Assembly (NCBI GenBank): GCA_042408215.1
Contig: JAYFMW010000017.1
Coordinates: forward strand, 608,001-672,000
Origin: Microcoleus sp.
GTDB lineage: Bacteria; Cyanobacteriota; Cyanobacteriia; Cyanobacteriales; Microcoleaceae
Length of the DNA stretch: 64,000 nt
Direction: 5' to 3'
Made by a program: the position numbers and the translations under genes. Positions within the stretch are counted from its first letter, which is position 1. Every line of letters starts with the position of its first letter. Of the stretch, positions 31,853 to 43,983 are shown one piece after another. The notes under the pieces are model-generated. The model searched no databases and was not told the DNA's origin. It saw only the letters and a program-made list of their open reading frames with translations.

Positions 31853-32228
31853 TCATTAGTCATTAGTCATTAGTCATTGGTTATTAGTCATTAGTCATTA
31901 GTCATTGGTTATTAGTCATTGGTTATTAGTCATTAGTCATTAGTCATTGGTCATTAGTCATTGGTCATTAGTCATTAGTCATTAGTCATTAGTCATTAGT
32001 CAGCAGTCATTAGTCAGCAGTCATTAGTCAGTAGTCAGTAAGTAAATCAACCTAATTAAACGTAAAACGCTATGGCTGTTAGATCCCCGACTTCTTTAAG
32101 CCTGCGCGGTTCTGGGTGTTCTGTTTTTTTAGGTTGGTCTACTTAGTCAGTAGTCAGTCAACAGTCAACAGTCAACAGTCAACAGTCAACAGTCAACAGT
32201 CAACAGTCAACAGTCAACTAACTAATTT

Positions 32229-33395
32229 TTAGATGTGGCGGACAAATTTATCTAGCCTTTCGACAGCTTTTTTAATTGTGCCTAAATCGGTGGCGTAAGA
32301 TAAGCGAATGTGGTCGTCTGCACCAAAAGCAATGCCGGGAATAACTGCTACTTGTTGCTGTTCTAATAAAGCGTCGGAAAATTCTAGAGAAGTCATGCCA
32401 GTTTTGCTGATATTGACAAACATATAGAAAGCGCCGTCGGGTTTGGTGCAGCTAATTCCGGGGATAGCATCGAGTAATTCAAATATTACCTGACGCCGAT
32501 CGGCAAAAGCTAGACGCATTTTTTCCACAGATTCTTGGCTGCTTTCCAAAGCTGCGATCGCCCCGTACTGTGCAAAGGTACACACGTTTGAGGTACTATG
32601 TCCTTGAACGGTACTGGTAGCTTTGATTAATTCGATCGGTCCGGCCAAATAGCCAACTCGCCAGCCAGTCATGGCGTAAGCTTTGGCAAAACCGCTGCTG
32701 ATAATTGTGCGATCGAAGATTTCTTGGCCCAGGGAACCGATGCTGACGTGTTGGGCTCCGTCGTATATAATTTTTTCGTAAATTTCGTCCGAAACGACTA
32801 AAATATCTCGCTCGACTATCACCTCAGCTAGTGCTTTGATTTCCGCTGGATTATACACCATTCCCGTCGGGTTAGATGGCGAATTGAGTACAAATAACTT
32901 GGTGCGGGGAGTAATCGCTTGACGCAGTTGTTCCGGGGTGATTTTATATCCCGTAGAAGCATCAGTCTGGACAATTACTGGCTTACCGCTGGCGAGCTTG
33001 ACCATTTCTGGATAGCTCAGCCAGTAGGGAGCAGGTATAATTACTTCGTCTCCCGCCTCAATCAGAGCCATCATCAGATTGTAGAGAGAATGCTTGCCAC
33101 CGTTGGTGACGATGATATTCTCAGGTTGATAGTGGAGATTGTTGTCGGAGCGGAGTTTGCGGGCGATCGCAGCTTTTAACTGCGGTTCCCCAGCCGCCGG
33201 ACCGTATTTAGTCTTGCCACTGTCTAAAGCTTGCTTAGCCGCTGCTTTAATGTGTTCTGGGGTATCAAAATCTGGTTCTCCCGTACTCAAACTACATACA
33301 TCAATGCCCTCGGCCTTCATGGCTTTCGCCTTAGCTGCGATCGCTAAGGTGATGGAAGGAGGAACTTCACCCACTCGTGCTGCCAACTTAATCAT
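32229..33395 (-). CDS. aspC: Aspartate aminotransferase (class I PLP)
   Basis: [34 protein letters not shown]. Confidence 0.88.
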   Translation of the reverse strand: MIKLAARVGEVPPSITLAIAAKAKAMKAEGIDVCSLSTGEPDFDTPEHIKAAAKQALDSGKTKYGPAAGEPQLKAAIARKLRSDNNLHYQPENIIVTNGGKHSLYNLMMALIEAGDEVIIPAPYWLSYPEMVKLASGKPVIVQTDASTGYKITPEQLRQAITPRTKLFVLNSPSNPTGMVYNPAEIKALAEVIVERDILVVSDEIYEKIIYDGAQHVSIGSLGQEIFDRTIISSGFAKAYAMTGWRVGYLAGPIELIKATSTVQGHSTSNVCTFAQYGAIAALESSQESVEKMRLAFADRRQVIFELLDAIPGISCTKPDGAFYMFVNISKTGMTSLEFSDALLEQQQVAVIPGIAFGADDHIRLSYATDLGTIKKAVERLDKFVRHI

Positions 33396-33632
33396 TGGAT
33401 TTTAGATATTAGATTTTTGACTTTAGATCTTAGGGGGTAAAATCTTGATATTCAACCCCGTTGTTAGGGAATTATGACATTTGCTTAGCTAGTACGTACA
33501 GGATTCAGTAATTAAACAATAAAAATTGAAAAAGCTATTAGTTTTAATTTTTATTGTTTATGGTTTATTTTTTGACGCGATCGTTGTACCATTTTTGATG
33601 CCTTCTTACCCTCAACCCCGATCTACAAGCTT

Positions 33633-34145
33633 ATGGATCTCAAATCTCTGATTCACGATATTCCTGATTTCCCCAAACCGGGAATCATGTTTCGAGATAT
33701 TACAACTTTGCTGCGAAACCCCCAAGGACTGAGCTACACCATTGACATTTTAGCCGAAAAGTGTTGTGAAATGTGTCCTGACTATGTAGTGGGTATGGAA
33801 TCGCGGGGCTTTATATTTGGCACGCCTTTGGCTTATAAAATGGGAGTGGGCTTTGTTCCAGTCCGCAAGCCGGGGAAATTGCCTAGAGAAGTTTATTTCG
33901 CTGAGTACGACTTGGAGTATGGTGTCGATCGACTGGAAATGCACCAAGACGCGATGACATCGGGTAGTCGGGTGCTAATTGTGGATGATTTAATCGCCAC
34001 TGGCGGGACAGCAGCAGCTACAGCTAACTTGTTAGAGCAAGCTGGCTGCGAACTGGTCGGTTTTGCTTTTATTGTCGAATTGCAAGCCTTGGGCGGCAGG
34101 CAAAAATTGCCGGATGTGCCAATTGTTACGCTAGTTGAGTATTAG
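33633..34145 (+). CDS. apt: Adenine phosphoribosyltransferase
   Basis: [36 protein letters not shown]. Confidence 0.97.
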   Translation: MDLKSLIHDIPDFPKPGIMFRDITTLLRNPQGLSYTIDILAEKCCEMCPDYVVGMESRGFIFGTPLAYKMGVGFVPVRKPGKLPREVYFAEYDLEYGVDRLEMHQDAMTSGSRVLIVDDLIATGGTAAATANLLEQAGCELVGFAFIVELQALGGRQKLPDVPIVTLVEY

Positions 34146-34205
34146 TCAGTTGACTGTTAACTGTTGACTGTTGACTGTTGACGGTTGACTGTTAACAGTT
34201 GATTG

Positions 34206-34612
34206 TTGAATAAACACTTTTTAACCGCTCTTGCCGCAGAGGACACAGAGTCAGAAAGTCAGAGAAGAGAGAGATGAATTATTCCGATACTAACGGATTT
34301 GATCTCATTCACAAATCTAAATTCTCAATTCTCAAGTTGATGGTTGAATAAACACTTTTTAACCGCTCTTGCCGCAGAGGACGCAGAGTCAGAAGAAGAG
34401 AGAAGAGAGAGATGAATTATTCCGATACTAACGGATTTGATCTCATTCACAAATCTAAATTCTCAATTCTCAAGTTGATGGTTGAATAAACACTTTTTAA
34501 CCGCTCTTGCCGCTCTTGCCGCAGAGTCAGAGAGTCAGAGAAGAGAGAGATGAATTATTCCGATACTAACGGATTTGATCTCATTCACAAATCTAAATTC
34601 TCAATTCTAAAT
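34206..34612. repeat. Three tandem copies of an ~135-140 bp unit
   Basis: TTGAATAAACACTTTTTAACCGCTCTTGCCGCAGAG...GGATTTGATCTCATTCACAAATCTAAATTCTCAATTCT repeated three times. Confidence 0.92.
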
Positions 34613-34623
34613 TCTAAAATGCT

Positions 34624-35664
34624 ATGACTTCTATTAAATTGCACGATAATTTACGAGTGTTGAGTTCTCTGTTTGGCGGCGAGACATTTACCTATGTTTT
34701 CAAGAGATTGTTGCAGGCTCTGTTAACGCTGTTTTTGGCGTCGATTCTTTGTTTTGCAATTATTGAGCTTGCACCGGGAAATTACTTGGATACTTTGAGC
34801 CAAAATCCGAAGATTTCGCCGGAGACTCTTAAGCAACTCGAACAACAATTTGGCTTGGATAAACCAGCTTTTGTGCAGTATTGGCTGTGGTTGCAACAAA
34901 TTGTAACGCGGGGGAATTTTGGTACGAGTTTTGTGTATCAGCGATCGGTGGCTTCTCTGCTGTGGGAAAGGGTACCGGCGACGCTGTTGATGGCGATCGC
35001 ATCTTTGATTGTAACTTGGGCGATCGCGATTCCTTTGGGAATCATCGCCGCTGTCAATCAAAACCGGACAGTCGATCGCATTTTGCAAGTAGTCAGCTAC
35101 ACAGGACAAGGATTTCCCAGCTTTATCATGGCTTTGCTGCTGCTATTTTTCGCACAGAATACATCGCCTCTTTTTCCAGTAGGAGGAATGACAAGTATTG
35201 ACCACGCAGACTTACCTTGGTGGGGTCAAATCATGGATTATGGCTGGCACTTAATTTTGCCAACAGTCGCCTTGAGCCTGACCGGTTTCGCAGGTTTGCA
35301 AAGATTGATGCGGGGACAATTATTGGATGTACTGCGTCAAGATTATATCAGAACAGCAAGGGCTAAAGGTTTGCCGGAAAATCGAGTAATTTATGTGCAC
35401 GCTCTGCGGAATGCGGTTAATCCATTGGTGACGCTGTTAGGTTTTGAGTTTGCTAGTTTGTTAAGCGGTGCGTTTATTGCGGAACTTTTCTTTAATTGGC
35501 CTGGTTTGGGAAAACTGACTTTGGAGGCTGTGACTAATCAAGATTTGTATTTAGTAATGGCCACTTTGATGATAGGTTCTGCGATGTTGATTGTGGGTAA
35601 TTTGTTGGCAGATTTGTTGCTCAAAGCAGTCGATCCTCGAATTAAGCTGGAAGATTTGAAATAA
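34624..35664 (+). CDS. Peptide/nickel ABC transporter permease (OppB/DppB-like)
   Basis: GLDKP..VQY, DYIRTARAKGL, HALRNA, FNWPGLG. Confidence 0.93.
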   Translation: MTSIKLHDNLRVLSSLFGGETFTYVFKRLLQALLTLFLASILCFAIIELAPGNYLDTLSQNPKISPETLKQLEQQFGLDKPAFVQYWLWLQQIVTRGNFGTSFVYQRSVASLLWERVPATLLMAIASLIVTWAIAIPLGIIAAVNQNRTVDRILQVVSYTGQGFPSFIMALLLLFFAQNTSPLFPVGGMTSIDHADLPWWGQIMDYGWHLILPTVALSLTGFAGLQRLMRGQLLDVLRQDYIRTARAKGLPENRVIYVHALRNAVNPLVTLLGFEFASLLSGAFIAELFFNWPGLGKLTLEAVTNQDLYLVMATLMIGSAMLIVGNLLADLLLKAVDPRIKLEDLK

Positions 35665-35931
35665 TAGAATTAGGCCTAAGGGTAAAAACGCGATCTCAAA
35701 TCCCTTAGTATCGTCCTGTATTCATCTCCCTCTTCTCTTCCTCTGCGCTCTCTGCGCTCTCTGCGGTTAAATAATTCCTATAACTGGGTATGAGTCAGAA
35801 GTCAAAAAGTAAGAAATCTAAATTTTTACCGAAATGGGATGACAGTTCCTTTAAGGAAATGCTAGGCTAGTTGTAGACTTCTATTTCCATGCCAGAGATG
35901 CACCGATAAAATTTCTCTTACCGCTCAAAAC

Positions 35932-36885
35932 ATGGCAAAACAACTAGCAATAGAAACTCGCGGGCTTACCAAACAATTCGATCGCCATATCGCAGTCAAT
36001 GACATCGATTTGCAAGTAGCAGCAGGCGAAGTATGCGGACTCATCGGCCCCAACGGTGCGGGGAAAACTACTTTGCTGCGAATGTTGGCGGCTGCTGAGG
36101 AACCGACTATAGGGGAAATTTACATCAATGGCGATCGCTTATTGCGCGATCGATCGCACCCCATGCTCAAACAGCGCATCGGCTTCCTTCCCGACGATTT
36201 TCCCCTCTACGACGAATTGACTGTTTGGGATTATTTAGACTATTTTGCGCGACTCTACAACCTCCAGCAGCCGCGCCGCCGATCGCGAATCAACTCCGTT
36301 TTAGAACTCGTGCAACTAACCAACAAGCGCAACAGCTTAATTTCCACCCTTTCGCGGGGGATGAAACAGCGCCTGAGTTTGGCGAGAACTATTATCCACG
36401 AACCGCTGTTGCTATTGTTAGATGAACCAGTTTCTGGCTTAGATCCGATCGCCCGAATGCAGTTTCGCGAAATTATCAAAACCTTGCAATCAGTCGGAAT
36501 GACCGTAGTCATATCATCTCATGTTCTGAGTGACTTAGCCGAACTTTGTACCTGGATTGGTATTATGGAACTTGGATATCTGGTCGAAAGTGCACCTTTA
36601 CAAGAACTCTATAAACGCCTCAGTCGCCAGCAAATTTTCCTGTCGGTTTTAGGCAATAATTTAGAAGCGCTAATATCCGAGTTAAAAAACTTTCCTTGGG
36701 TGGAAAATTGGGAAATAGTGCCGGAAACTCAGCAGGTTTGTGTTAACTTTTCGGGAAGCCAGGAAGATGCAGCAAATTTATTGCGGGAACTTGTCGCGGC
36801 CAAGATTCCTCTAACCGAATTTCATTGCACTCAAGAAGACTTAGAAACCATTTTCCTGAAGATGGGACATAAACAAGCATCCTAA
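35932..36885 (+). CDS. ABC-2 type transporter ATP-binding protein
   Basis: GPNGAGKTT, LSRGMKQR, LLLDEP, SSH. Confidence 0.95.
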   Translation: MAKQLAIETRGLTKQFDRHIAVNDIDLQVAAGEVCGLIGPNGAGKTTLLRMLAAAEEPTIGEIYINGDRLLRDRSHPMLKQRIGFLPDDFPLYDELTVWDYLDYFARLYNLQQPRRRSRINSVLELVQLTNKRNSLISTLSRGMKQRLSLARTIIHEPLLLLLDEPVSGLDPIARMQFREIIKTLQSVGMTVVISSHVLSDLAELCTWIGIMELGYLVESAPLQELYKRLSRQQIFLSVLGNNLEALISELKNFPWVENWEIVPETQQVCVNFSGSQEDAANLLRELVAAKIPLTEFHCTQEDLETIFLKMGHKQAS

Positions 36886-37031
36886 TTTACTCGTTTCCTC
36901 TTTACCAGACAGTGAGTTATCATTGAGTTATATTCTTTACGGTTGGATCGGAATTATTTAACCGCAGAGAGCGCAGAGGACACAGAGGAAGAGAAGAGAG
37001 AGAATTACCAATCACCAATCAGTAATAACTT

Positions 37032-38708
37032 ATGACACTCAATTTACTAGACAAAATTGGCAACTGGAATCCCCAGTTATTTCGAGAAATGAAGGGCCGC
37101 TTGAATATTGGCAATATGGCGATCGCCTCGGCCTTTTCCCTCAGCGCTCAACTGCTGCTATTCATGTATTACAGCGCCCAGATACCCGTTCCCCCTGCTA
37201 ATGGAGAGGACACTTACCCCGTCTATAGCAGATTTTGCTTAGAGACTGTCAATCCCTATGATACAAAGTGCGTCACAGATGCTTTGGGCAACTTTGTCAT
37301 TAACTGGCAGAAGTTGTGGCTAGAGATATTCTTTTTGCTAAGCATATTTAGCGTGTTAGCCCTATTACTAGGAGGGACTTATATGCTTGTCAGCGACTTA
37401 GACAGGGAGGAACGCCGCGGCACCCTCAACTTTATTCGCCTCAGTCCCCAGCCAGCCAAAACAATTTTTCTGGGCAAAATTCTGGGCGTCCCAATTCTAC
37501 TTTATCTAGCAGCAATTCTGGCAGTACCGCTGCACCTGTACAGTGGATTAGCTGCTCAAATACCCCTGAATGGAATTTTATGTTTCTATGCAGCGGTTGC
37601 AGCTAGTTGTGCTTTATTTTACAGCGCTGCGATGCTATTTGGATTGACAACGAGTTGGTTGGGAGGATTGCAACCTGCGTTAGCTACCATTCCGGTTTTT
37701 GCTTTCTTGTGGATTTCTGCGATGCTCCAGTTCACGCACACTGCTTGGGATTTGCTAACATTTTTGTCTCCCATTGCTATCCTGAAATATCTGCTTTTTG
37801 GAGTTGTTTCTAAATACGATCAATTCCCTTGGTTAGTTTTAAATTTAGACAATTTGCAATGGTTTTACTCGCCAGTAGGTGAAAATATTGCGAGTGGCAT
37901 TGCTTTATCTCTCTTAATTTGCGGTGCAGGAACCTATTGGATGTGGCAGGGATGGCAGCGCCGCTTTCCTAATCCCAGTGCTACAGTTTTCAGCAAGCGG
38001 CAAAGTTATTTGCTAGTTATCTGCTGTCAGGTAATAATTTTAGGGTTTGCACTCCAATCCAACCCCACACCCTACCGTAATATCAGCGCTTTACTTATCT
38101 TTAATTTGCTGATGTTCTTAGCTTTAATTGCAGCTTTAACATCTCAGAGACAATCTTTGTACGATTGGGCGAGGTATCGGCAACAAATCGTTCCGAGCAG
38201 TCATAAGTTGTGGCGACGCTACCCATTACTCGATTTAATTTGGAGCGATAAAAGTCCGGCTGTAGTTGCGATCGCGATTAATTTGCTGATCTCAGTCATA
38301 ATTATAACACCTTGGGCGCTGTTGGAAAAATTTGAGACAAACGGATTTTGGGGCGTAATTCTCTGCATGAATCTCATCCTAATTTATGCAGCTATCGCCC
38401 AATTATTCCTATTTACCAAAACCCGAAATCAGGAAATTTGGGCCGTCGGGACAGTGGGTGGCGCTATCTTGTTGCCGCCTGCGATTTTATGTATGCTGTT
38501 GCTCGCCCCAGAAAAAGCTCCTGTTTTCTGGTTGTCTTCAACATTTGCTAGCTTTTGGTTTTCGGGGGTGAGCGCAGTCGCATCAGGAAATACGATTTTG
38601 CTATCCATACTCAGTCAGTGGACTGTGTTGCTGTTGTTGAACCTTAAATTGCGATCGCAACTGAAACTCGCAGGGGAATCAGCTTCTAGGGCACTGCTGA
38701 AAGCTTGA
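37032..38708 (+). CDS. ABC-2-associated multi-TM permease
   Basis: WNPQLFRE.KGR, EERRGTLNFIRLSPQ; many TM segments; follows the ABC ATPase. Confidence 0.85.
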   Translation: MTLNLLDKIGNWNPQLFREMKGRLNIGNMAIASAFSLSAQLLLFMYYSAQIPVPPANGEDTYPVYSRFCLETVNPYDTKCVTDALGNFVINWQKLWLEIFFLLSIFSVLALLLGGTYMLVSDLDREERRGTLNFIRLSPQPAKTIFLGKILGVPILLYLAAILAVPLHLYSGLAAQIPLNGILCFYAAVAASCALFYSAAMLFGLTTSWLGGLQPALATIPVFAFLWISAMLQFTHTAWDLLTFLSPIAILKYLLFGVVSKYDQFPWLVLNLDNLQWFYSPVGENIASGIALSLLICGAGTYWMWQGWQRRFPNPSATVFSKRQSYLLVICCQVIILGFALQSNPTPYRNISALLIFNLLMFLALIAALTSQRQSLYDWARYRQQIVPSSHKLWRRYPLLDLIWSDKSPAVVAIAINLLISVIIITPWALLEKFETNGFWGVILCMNLILIYAAIAQLFLFTKTRNQEIWAVGTVGGAILLPPAILCMLLLAPEKAPVFWLSSTFASFWFSGVSAVASGNTILLSILSQWTVLLLLNLKLRSQLKLAGESASRALLKA

Positions 38709-38889
38709 ACAAGAATACGCGGCTCCCCGCAGGCTTAAAGAAGTCGGGGATCTAACAGCGATCGCATTTTACGTTATTCCCAATTCCCAATTCCCAATTC
38801 CCAATTCCCAATTCCCAATTCCCAATTCCCAATTCCCGATTCCCGATCGCCAATTTGAGTTAATCTATTATTTTGATGAAGAAGATAAA

Positions 38890-39177
38890 ATGTTTTCTCA
38901 AGTTTTCTACTTGCTGCGTTCTCGTGCTGACGGCAAATATATCAGCGCTTGTCCCAATCCAGATTCGGCGGTAAGTTACCTGCTGATGTTTCGTGAAGAT
39001 TATGATGCTTTGAGTTATCTGAACGCCCATGCTGCGGATGTGGCCGATCGCTTCGGGGTAGAATCTATTTCCGGTTCTCAGGTAGATAAGCTGCTTCAGC
39101 GTTGGGGATTTAACGGCGTGGGGATTGTTCAAGACCCGCTGTTGCCAAATATTCAGTTTTTAACGACTAATAATTGA
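38890..39177 (+). CDS. Conserved cyanobacterial hypothetical protein
   Basis: [11 protein letters not shown]...[16 protein letters not shown]...[14 protein letters not shown]. Confidence 0.7.
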   Translation: MFSQVFYLLRSRADGKYISACPNPDSAVSYLLMFREDYDALSYLNAHAADVADRFGVESISGSQVDKLLQRWGFNGVGIVQDPLLPNIQFLTTNN

Positions 39178-39385
39178 CAATTGACAACATTTGTGCTTAA
39201 CCCGGTTTCTGGAAAAAATCGGGTTTTTTGCTGAAGTTTTGAGGCGATTCTTACACTCTGCCTGTATAGAGGTGTCCACCATATTTAGTGCAAATTGTGA
39301 AATTTGTCAAGCTTTCACCCTAAATCTGAATCCTGTTGTATATTCATAGTCTGTTGATTTATTCCGACAAGTCAGTACACAACCT

Positions 39386-42300
39386 ATGGTTCGAGAATTA
39401 GAGCGATCGAGTGCTAGTGAGAAACCCAACCAGTCCGATTTCCCCGAAACAGCACCCGCAGCCAATCCAGTATTTTTCAGGACGTACAGCCGCCGTACCG
39501 ACACGGGAAGAGAGACTTGGGCCGATGTGTGCGATCGCACCGTCAAAGGCCTCCAAAAACTCGGAGACCTCACCCCCGAAGAAACAGAGCTCCTACACCG
39601 GATGCAAAACCAGCTCAAAACCCTCGCTTCCGGCCGCTGGCTGTGGGTGGGCGGCAGCAAGTGGATCGAACAACCAGAGAATTTTTCCGGCGCATATAAT
39701 TGCTCCTCAACAAATATTCTCGACTGGAAAGCCTTCGGTTTGTTGATGGATTTGGCGATGATGGGCTGCGGCACCGGTGCAGTTTTGGAACCCAAATATA
39801 TCAACCAATTGCCACCGATTCGCAACCGCTTAACCGTGACAATGCAAGGCGAAATCGGCTCTACACCAGCTCAATTGCGCCGTCAAGAAACCGAAGTAAA
39901 AATAGCAGAAAAAACCGCAACTATTTATGTCGGAGATTCTCGCCAAGGTTGGGTAAAATCCTATCAAACTTTGCTGGAATTATCCACAGATGAAAGATTT
40001 GCGGGAGCCGTTGAAATCTTCATTGATTTGAGCGATGTTCGCCCGGTGGGAGAACCTTTAAAAGGTTTTGGCGGAGTAGCAAATCCGGTGAAATTGGCAG
40101 ACCTTTATCAGCGCTGCGCGGCCATCTTGAATAAAGCTCAAGGGCGGCAGTTAAATTCAGTAGAATGCTGCGTGTTGATAGATGAAGCAGCGGTCACAAT
40201 TGTTGCTGGAAATATCCGGCGCAGCGCGGGAATTCGTCAGTTTGATTCTGGTGATGAACTAGGGGCAAATGCCAAGGACAATCTCTGGCAACAAGATGAA
40301 AATGGCAACTGGAAAATAGATCCAGAACGCGATGCTTTGAGAATGGCAAATCACTCTCGTGTTTTCCATTACAAACCTACCTTAGAAGAATGTATTGATG
40401 CTGTAAGAAAACAGTATTATTCTGGCGAAGGTGCAATTCAATGGGCTGGTGAAGCTGTAGCTAGAGCTAACGTTGATTTAATTCCAACGCCGAGTCTTAA
40501 ACTTGAGTTTTTGAAAGCTTACAACGAAGGAAAAGCTAAACAGTGGTTCCAGGAAGGCTATCCTAATATGACTGCTGATGAATTAGAGCATCGGTCAGTC
40601 CGTTTGGGATTAAACCCGTGTGGTAAGTAATTTTGCCTCACGTTAAAAACCCCGCAAATTCGGAGAAGACTGAGATGTTAATTCCGAGGTAAGTAAGGGA
40701 ATTAAAAATCCTTTACCACCGTAGAGCGTACCAGGTGAACCTTCTTTTTTGAAGAATATAATCCTGGCAAGAGTGCGGGGCATTTACCACTAGAGTAAAT
40801 GAAAAAGTACGCCGAGCTACAGGTAAAATGGAATCTGTAGAACTAGAGGATAAAAAGCCTTTAGGATAACAAAACTGGAAATCATCGGCTCTAATTTTCA
40901 CTGTGTCAGTGGAGAGACTCTGCTAATTACTAGAGACGGACTGCATCAAATAAAGGATGTTGTTGGAACTGAAATCGAGATTTGGAATGGTCAAAGATGG
41001 AGTTCTGTCACACCATTTCAGACAGCGAGTGATACCAAGGTTGGACGACGCAAACTTTATCGTGTGAAGTTTGCTGATGGTACTTATCTGGATGCCACAG
41101 AATATCATCGTTTCTTTGTCAAGGATCGATTTGGTAAAGTTTACCAGGAAGTCCAAACCAAAGACTTGATGGATACAAGTCGATATAGCATTCATACTGA
41201 ACCTTTCACAATTCAGTATGAAGATGGCATGAATATCGATGCAAGTTATGCTTACACTTTGGGTGTGGCTGTAGGAGATGGAACTACAGACAAAAATGAT
41301 CATGCAAAAGTTCGACTTTACGAAGGAAAAATGGCATTGTCAGTAGCAGGAAATAAGTCGCCTGACAGAAACTATGACTATTTACCTGTTTTTACAGATG
41401 TAACTAACTTGAGCTTTTCTGGAGAATTTCTGAAAAGTTTGAAAGTTAACCCAGAAGCACTAAATGTAATTGCTAGCTGGAATCGGCAAGCAATTTTACA
41501 TTTTATTGCTGGATTAGCCGATACGGACGGATCGAATACCCATAGTAATGGTATCAGAATTTATATTTCTGACCGCGATCGCGCTTTCAGAGTTCAGTTA
41601 CTTTTGACCAAATGTGGTATTCGCTCATCGCTAAATCTTTCTGCTCATCAAGGAGCAGTTACTAATTACGGTGTCCGAAGTCGGGATTTGTACTACTTGC
41701 AAATTACTGACTGTGGTGAAATTCCTTGTCAGCGGTTAGATGTGAGCAAAGGGACGAAGGCTAAACACAAAGGTAAATGGCAAGTTATCAGAAGTGTCGA
41801 AGAATTACCAGGATTGCATGATACTTACTGTTTCAACGAACCAGAGTTTCATAAGGGAGTTTTCGGCAATACCCTAACTGGAAACTGTAACTTGGCTGAG
41901 GTTCACCTCAATCAAATAGACCCTTACAACTTCAAAGAACAAGAAGAAGCCTTCAGGGCCGGAGCTCTATCTGTCGCGGTACTTCTCAATCACAAATTTA
42001 GCGAACCTCGCTATCAATATAGCCGCGAATTAGACCCGATTGTCGGCGTATCTTTCACGGGATTGTTCGACTTCTTCGTTCATGCTTTTGGCGTTGAGTG
42101 GCTGCGCTGGTGGGTGGAAGGTCGCCCGCAAACCGAGCAGGGAATGGCGTTTAAACAACGGGAAGAAGAGTATTTGAGTGGTTGGTGCGAGATTGTGAAT
42201 GGGGTAGTTTGGGATTATTGCGATCGCCATTCATTAAAACGCCCAAATCGCTGCACAACCGTTCAACCATCGGGTACAAAATCTCTACTGACAGGTGCTT

Positions 42301-42932
42301 CTCCCGGCTGGCATCCCCCGAAAGCCCAGCGTTTCATTCGCCGAATCACTTTCGGCAAAAACGACCCTGTAGCCCTCGCCTGCATCGACTACGGATACAA
42401 CGTAATTCCATCTCAATCTGACAAAGATGAAGATGGTAATTTGCTAAACAATCCCTTCGATGAACGCTGTACAGAATGGCTGGTAGAAATACCCGTTGCT
42501 GTCAGTTGGGCTGATTTACCCGGTGCCGATGAAATTGACATCAACAAATTCTCAGCGGCGGCACAAATGGACTTTTATATGCAAGTGCAAAAGTTCTACG
42601 TGCGACACAACACCAGCGCGACGATTGAGTTGCGAGAAAATGAAATTGAAAGTTTGGGTACGCGGATTTATGAAGCGATTCGCGATGACGAAGGCTACAT
42701 TTCCGCCGCACTTTTAGCTCGGTTTGATGCTCTTGAAACTTTCCCGCGTTTGCCCTTTGAACCGGTGAACAAGGAAACTTATGAGACGATGTTGAAAGAC
42801 GTTTTAGTGCGTCGCCAAATTGATGTTTTTCAGGTGGCACTGAGTCGTTATGACTTGGGTGAAATGATGGATTCTGGGCCTGCGGGTTGTGATTCTGATA
42901 AGTGTTTGATGCCGGAGACTAAGGCTATTTAA
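39386..42932 (+). CDS. nrdJ: Class II (B12-dependent) ribonucleoside-triphosphate reductase; join(39386..40624,40878..42932); contains an intein
   Basis: VFFRTYSRR, YNC, AGNIRRSA, NPCG|EI (joined across the intron), CNLAEVHL, TTVQPSGTKSLL, C-terminal GPAGCDSDKC. Confidence 0.95.
40625..40877 (+). ncRNA. Group I self-splicing intron (253 nt, no ORF) in nrdJ
   Basis: Exon 1 ends in U (GGT) and the intron ends in G. P1: exon CGUG.GGU pairs with GCC.CACG, giving U.G at the splice site. P10: AUUUU with exon 2 GAAAU. P7-like GCGUAC/GUACGC. Removal restores NPCGEIIG in frame. Confidence 0.9.
40902..41885 (+). mobile_element. Intein (328 aa) with LAGLIDADG homing endonuclease in NrdJ
   Basis: Starts CVSGETLLIT; block B LDATEYHRF; LGVAVGDG and FIAGLADTDG motifs; ends DTYCF...NTLTGN followed by extein Cys (CNLAEVHL). 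Confidence 0.92.
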
Positions 42933-43189
42933 TAGCGTTGAATTCAAATCCCCCAAATAAATGGGGGATTTTTTTTTATATCGTTTCTGGTTGCATCGGA
43001 ATGTTTGAACCGCAGAGAACACAGAGGACACAGAGGGAGAGAATAGAGATCTGAATAATTCCGATGAAGAGAGGATGTTATATCCTAGGGATAGGGCGGT
43101 TGAAACCGTGTTTACACACAGGAATTTCGCCTCTGCGGATTCAGAAATCAAGAGTCATCTAAAATCTAAAATATACAATTTAAAATGCC

Positions 43190-43843
43190 ATGAATTCAGA
43201 AACATTACGTCTATTTAAACGCCAATCTCCCGTGAATGTGCTCGGCCCTGGAAAACAAGCAGTTATCTGGGTACAAGGCTGTCGGTTTGCTTGTCCAAGT
43301 TGTATTGTGCCGGATTCTTGGGATGAGAATGCAGGAGATTTGGTAACAGTCACAGAATTAGTAGATTGGGTGCTAGCAGTACCAGGAATTGAAGGTGTTA
43401 CTTTCTCTGGTGGAGAACCGATGCTGCAAGCAGAAGCCTTATCCAATTTAGTAGATAAGCTGCGCGATCGCACAGACCTAGGCATCATGTGTTACACTGG
43501 TTATCGGCTAGAGCACCTAGAGCAACAGGGCACAGCAGCCCAGCAAACATTGTTGCAAAAAATAGATTTACTGATCGATGGACTTTACATCGAAAAACTG
43601 CACGGAGATTTACTCTGGCGCGGTTCAGCAAATCAGCGACTATTGCCTTTGACAGAGCGTTATCGCAGCTTGATTACTGCTCTATTATCTGATGCAGATA
43701 CATCCGCAGGACTCGAATTTTTCATGGGATTAGCAGGAGAAATCTCTTTTGTGGGAGTGCCAAATAAACCGGGATTTAGCCAAGAGTTTGAAGCTCGAAT
43801 GTTAAAGCGCGGAGTAATTGTGGAGCCAATTAAGCAAGATTAA
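43190..43843 (+). CDS. Radical SAM (4Fe-4S) protein of the NrdG/activase-like family
   Basis: GPG...IWVQGCRFACPSC (CxxxCxxC), GVTFSGGEP, IDLLIDG.Y, WRGSANQR. Confidence 0.9.
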   Translation: MNSETLRLFKRQSPVNVLGPGKQAVIWVQGCRFACPSCIVPDSWDENAGDLVTVTELVDWVLAVPGIEGVTFSGGEPMLQAEALSNLVDKLRDRTDLGIMCYTGYRLEHLEQQGTAAQQTLLQKIDLLIDGLYIEKLHGDLLWRGSANQRLLPLTERYRSLITALLSDADTSAGLEFFMGLAGEISFVGVPNKPGFSQEFEARMLKRGVIVEPIKQD

Positions 43844-43983
43844 TGGCGGGCAGGCATTTTACCATTAGTGTCAATTTAAGCCTTAAATCCCTGAAAAATA
43901 TTGCTTTGACCTGAGTCTAGATCCCCCTAAATCCCCCTTAAGAAGGGGGACTTTGAGCAAGTTCTTGTCCCCCCCTTCTTAAG

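Noticed and set aside
39386..42932. nrdJ as two genes, a split gene or a pseudogene
   Set aside because: The gap has group I intron hallmarks and its removal restores the NPCGE motif in frame.
43190..43843. nrdG activase for the neighbouring ribonucleotide reductase
   Set aside because: The RNR is class II (B12-dependent) and needs no activase; no nrdD is present in the window. The gene fits better with the downstream AAA+ cluster.
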